A stretch of DNA of 18,344 bases, from assembly GCA_044345405.1 (NCBI GenBank), contig JBIJBE010000060.1, forward strand, positions 1 to 18,344. Reading direction: 5' to 3'. Under the pieces are notes generated by a model. That model did no database searches and was not told the DNA's origin. It was given only the letters and a program-made list of their open reading frames with translations. The DNA is from Bdellovibrionota bacterium (GTDB lineage Bacteria; Bdellovibrionota_C; UBA2361; OMII01). Position 1 is the stretch's first letter. Every line of letters starts with the position of its first letter. Below, in pieces: positions 16,523-18,344 of the stretch. Both the position numbers and the translations under genes were made by a program.

Positions 16523-18344
16523 ATGACCCCAGAAAATGCCCCCATTCTGAATCCGAAGCCCGAAACCATAGAGAAGCTGACGCTGCCGCCCTCCGGTAGT
16601 TCGATGGTTGTCGAACTACCGGTCGCGGCTCAGACGGTGAGCGAGGGGCTCGTGTCCTCTCACGCCCCGTATCGAGTCGCTATAGCGCAGATCTCAACAG
16701 ACCCGGGCATGATCGCCTCAAATACTGAGAAGATCATCTCGTACATCAACGAGGCAAAGGATAAGGGCGCCGATATGGTTGTCTTCCCGGAGCTTGCGAT
16801 CCCGGGCTACTGCTCGATGGATCTTCTCTGGGACAAGGATTACCTCGCGGCTAACCTCGCCGGCTTACAACGGATCAAAGAGGCGAGCCGAGGGATTACG
16901 GTTATCGTAGGTTTCGTCGACGTGGATCCGGACGGCTCCCTCCCCGGGGGCCGTCCCAAGATCTTTAACTCTGCGGCGATTATCCGCGACCGTGAGATCC
17001 TCGCGGTACAGGACAAAACCCTTCTCCCCGATTACGACATCTTTTCCGAGAATCGATACTTCGCTCCCCCACGAGGTTCGCGGGTTGTCCAAGCGGGCCC
17101 GATCAAGATCGGAGCTGAGATATGCGAAGATCTGTGGACGAAGGGGTATTCCACCGATCCGGCGCAAACGTTAGTGAACGAAGGGGCTGAGCTTGTTGTT
17201 AATCTCTCAGCGTCTCCGTTTCACATCGGAAAACTCCCGGTCAGATTAGGGCTCGTCTCAGGAACCGCGAAAGACAAGGGGGTTCCTCTGGTCTACGCCA
17301 ACCTCGTTGGAAGTTTCGACGGATACGAGGGAGAGGTTGTATTCGACGGCCGAAGCATGGTTGTCGGAAAAAGCGGCAAGGTGGTTGGCGCGGCGGAGGG
17401 ATTCACAGAGCAACTCATCATCTCCGACATTTACGGGGAGAAAGAGATCGCTCTTCCCCAGGTAGATCGAATCGCGGAACTTCACGACGCGCTTGTACTC
17501 GGCATTCGCGATTACTTTCGACGGGTAGGAAGCCTTGAGAAGGGTAACTTTCGATACGCCTACATCGGGTTGAGTGGTGGCATCGACTCAGCGCTCGTGG
17601 CGGCGCTGGCGGTTGAGGCGCTTGGCGCTGACAAAGTTATCGGGGTGACCCTTCCCTCTCGTTACAACAGCGCGGAGACCCGCTCGGACGCCGAGGTTCT
17701 CGCTCACAACCTTGGGATCCGTTTCAAGACGCTCTCCATCGAGAGTCAGTTTCAAGCGTGCGCGGACGCCTTCGCGACTGACCCGGAGCTCGTAGCCGCC
17801 CCGGAGGGCGTTGCCGATCAGAACGTGCAGGCGAGGTTGAGAATGCTCGACCTGATGTACTACGCCAACAAAACCCAAGGAATTGTTCTCAATACCGGTA
17901 ACAAGACAGAGCTCGCGCTCGACAACTGCACGATCTATGGCGACATGGTCGGTGGGTTCAGCGTGCTCGGCGATGTCGATAAGGACCGTGTGTATGAGCT
18001 TTCCCGCTACATCAACGCGCGAGCCGGCCGGGAGATTATCCCTGTCTCAACTATCGAGCGCGTTCCGAGCGCGGAGTTGAAACCGAACCAGAAGGACTCC
18101 GAGGTGATGGGAGCCGATCCCGAGAAGATCGCTCCACTCGTGCGAACGATCATCGAAGAGGGCTTAAGCGTCTCAGAGGCGCTGCATCGGTTCAGCGACT
18201 CATGGGACGAGGCGCTGATCCGCCGAACGTTCGCTCGAATAGACCGCTCGGAATGGAAGAGACGTCAAGCGGCGCCAGGAATCCGGGTAACGCCGCACTC
18301 ATTCGGAATCGGAAGGCGTATGCCGATCTCTCACGGCTTTTATA
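16523..18344 (+). CDS. nadE: Glutamine-dependent NAD+ synthetase; 3' end runs off the right edge
   Basis: Not in the ORF track. SD GAGGA before ATG 16523. Nitrilase-like domain with the E-K-C triad (FPEL, DKTLLPDY, EICEDLW). Synthetase domain GLSGGIDS, NVQARLR, TGNKTE, YGD, PSAEL, KRRQ. The frame stays open to the window end (...RRMPISHGFY). Confidence 0.95.
   Translation, partial: MTPENAPILNPKPETIEKLTLPPSGSSMVVELPVAAQTVSEGLVSSHAPYRVAIAQISTDPGMIASNTEKIISYINEAKDKGADMVVFPELAIPGYCSMDLLWDKDYLAANLAGLQRIKEASRGITVIVGFVDVDPDGSLPGGRPKIFNSAAIIRDREILAVQDKTLLPDYDIFSENRYFAPPRGSRVVQAGPIKIGAEICEDLWTKGYSTDPAQTLVNEGAELVVNLSASPFHIGKLPVRLGLVSGTAKDKGVPLVYANLVGSFDGYEGEVVFDGRSMVVGKSGKVVGAAEGFTEQLIISDIYGEKEIALPQVDRIAELHDALVLGIRDYFRRVGSLEKGNFRYAYIGLSGGIDSALVAALAVEALGADKVIGVTLPSRYNSAETRSDAEVLAHNLGIRFKTLSIESQFQACADAFATDPELVAAPEGVADQNVQARLRMLDLMYYANKTQGIVLNTGNKTELALDNCTIYGDMVGGFSVLGDVDKDRVYELSRYINARAGREIIPVSTIERVPSAELKPNQKDSEVMGADPEKIAPLVRTIIEEGLSVSEALHRFSDSWDEALIRRTFARIDRSEWKRRQAAPGIRVTPHSFGIGRRMPISHGFY

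Noticed and set aside
16865-18080. Short track ORFs at the right end
   Set aside because: All overlap the continuous nadE frame, which the track missed because it has no stop in the window.

Overview
Bacterial chromosomal window of moderately high GC, mostly housekeeping and metabolic genes. From left to right: a Leu/Phe/Val dehydrogenase cut by the left edge, a 50-aa lipoprotein ORF missing from the ORF track, tRNA-Leu(CAG), an ALDH7-type aldehyde dehydrogenase, a secreted hypothetical protein, an M14-type hydrolase, a GT-C-like membrane protein, a ~107-bp hairpin-rich tandem array abutting the 3' end of tRNA-Gly(TCC), a membrane protein, hemL, lhgO, a GT2-methyltransferase fusion coupled to a GT39/ArnT-like transferase, a Cof-type HAD hydrolase, and a pncB-nadE pair cut by the right edge. 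I see no integrase, transposase, Cas gene or CRISPR array. The most interesting signals are the tRNA-linked hairpin array, a NadE with altered substrate-site motifs next to pncB and an atypical HAD (a possible variant NAD salvage route), the small lipoprotein, and an inverted hexamer-repeat element at 1604-1710. All calls come from reading motifs by eye; no searches were run.
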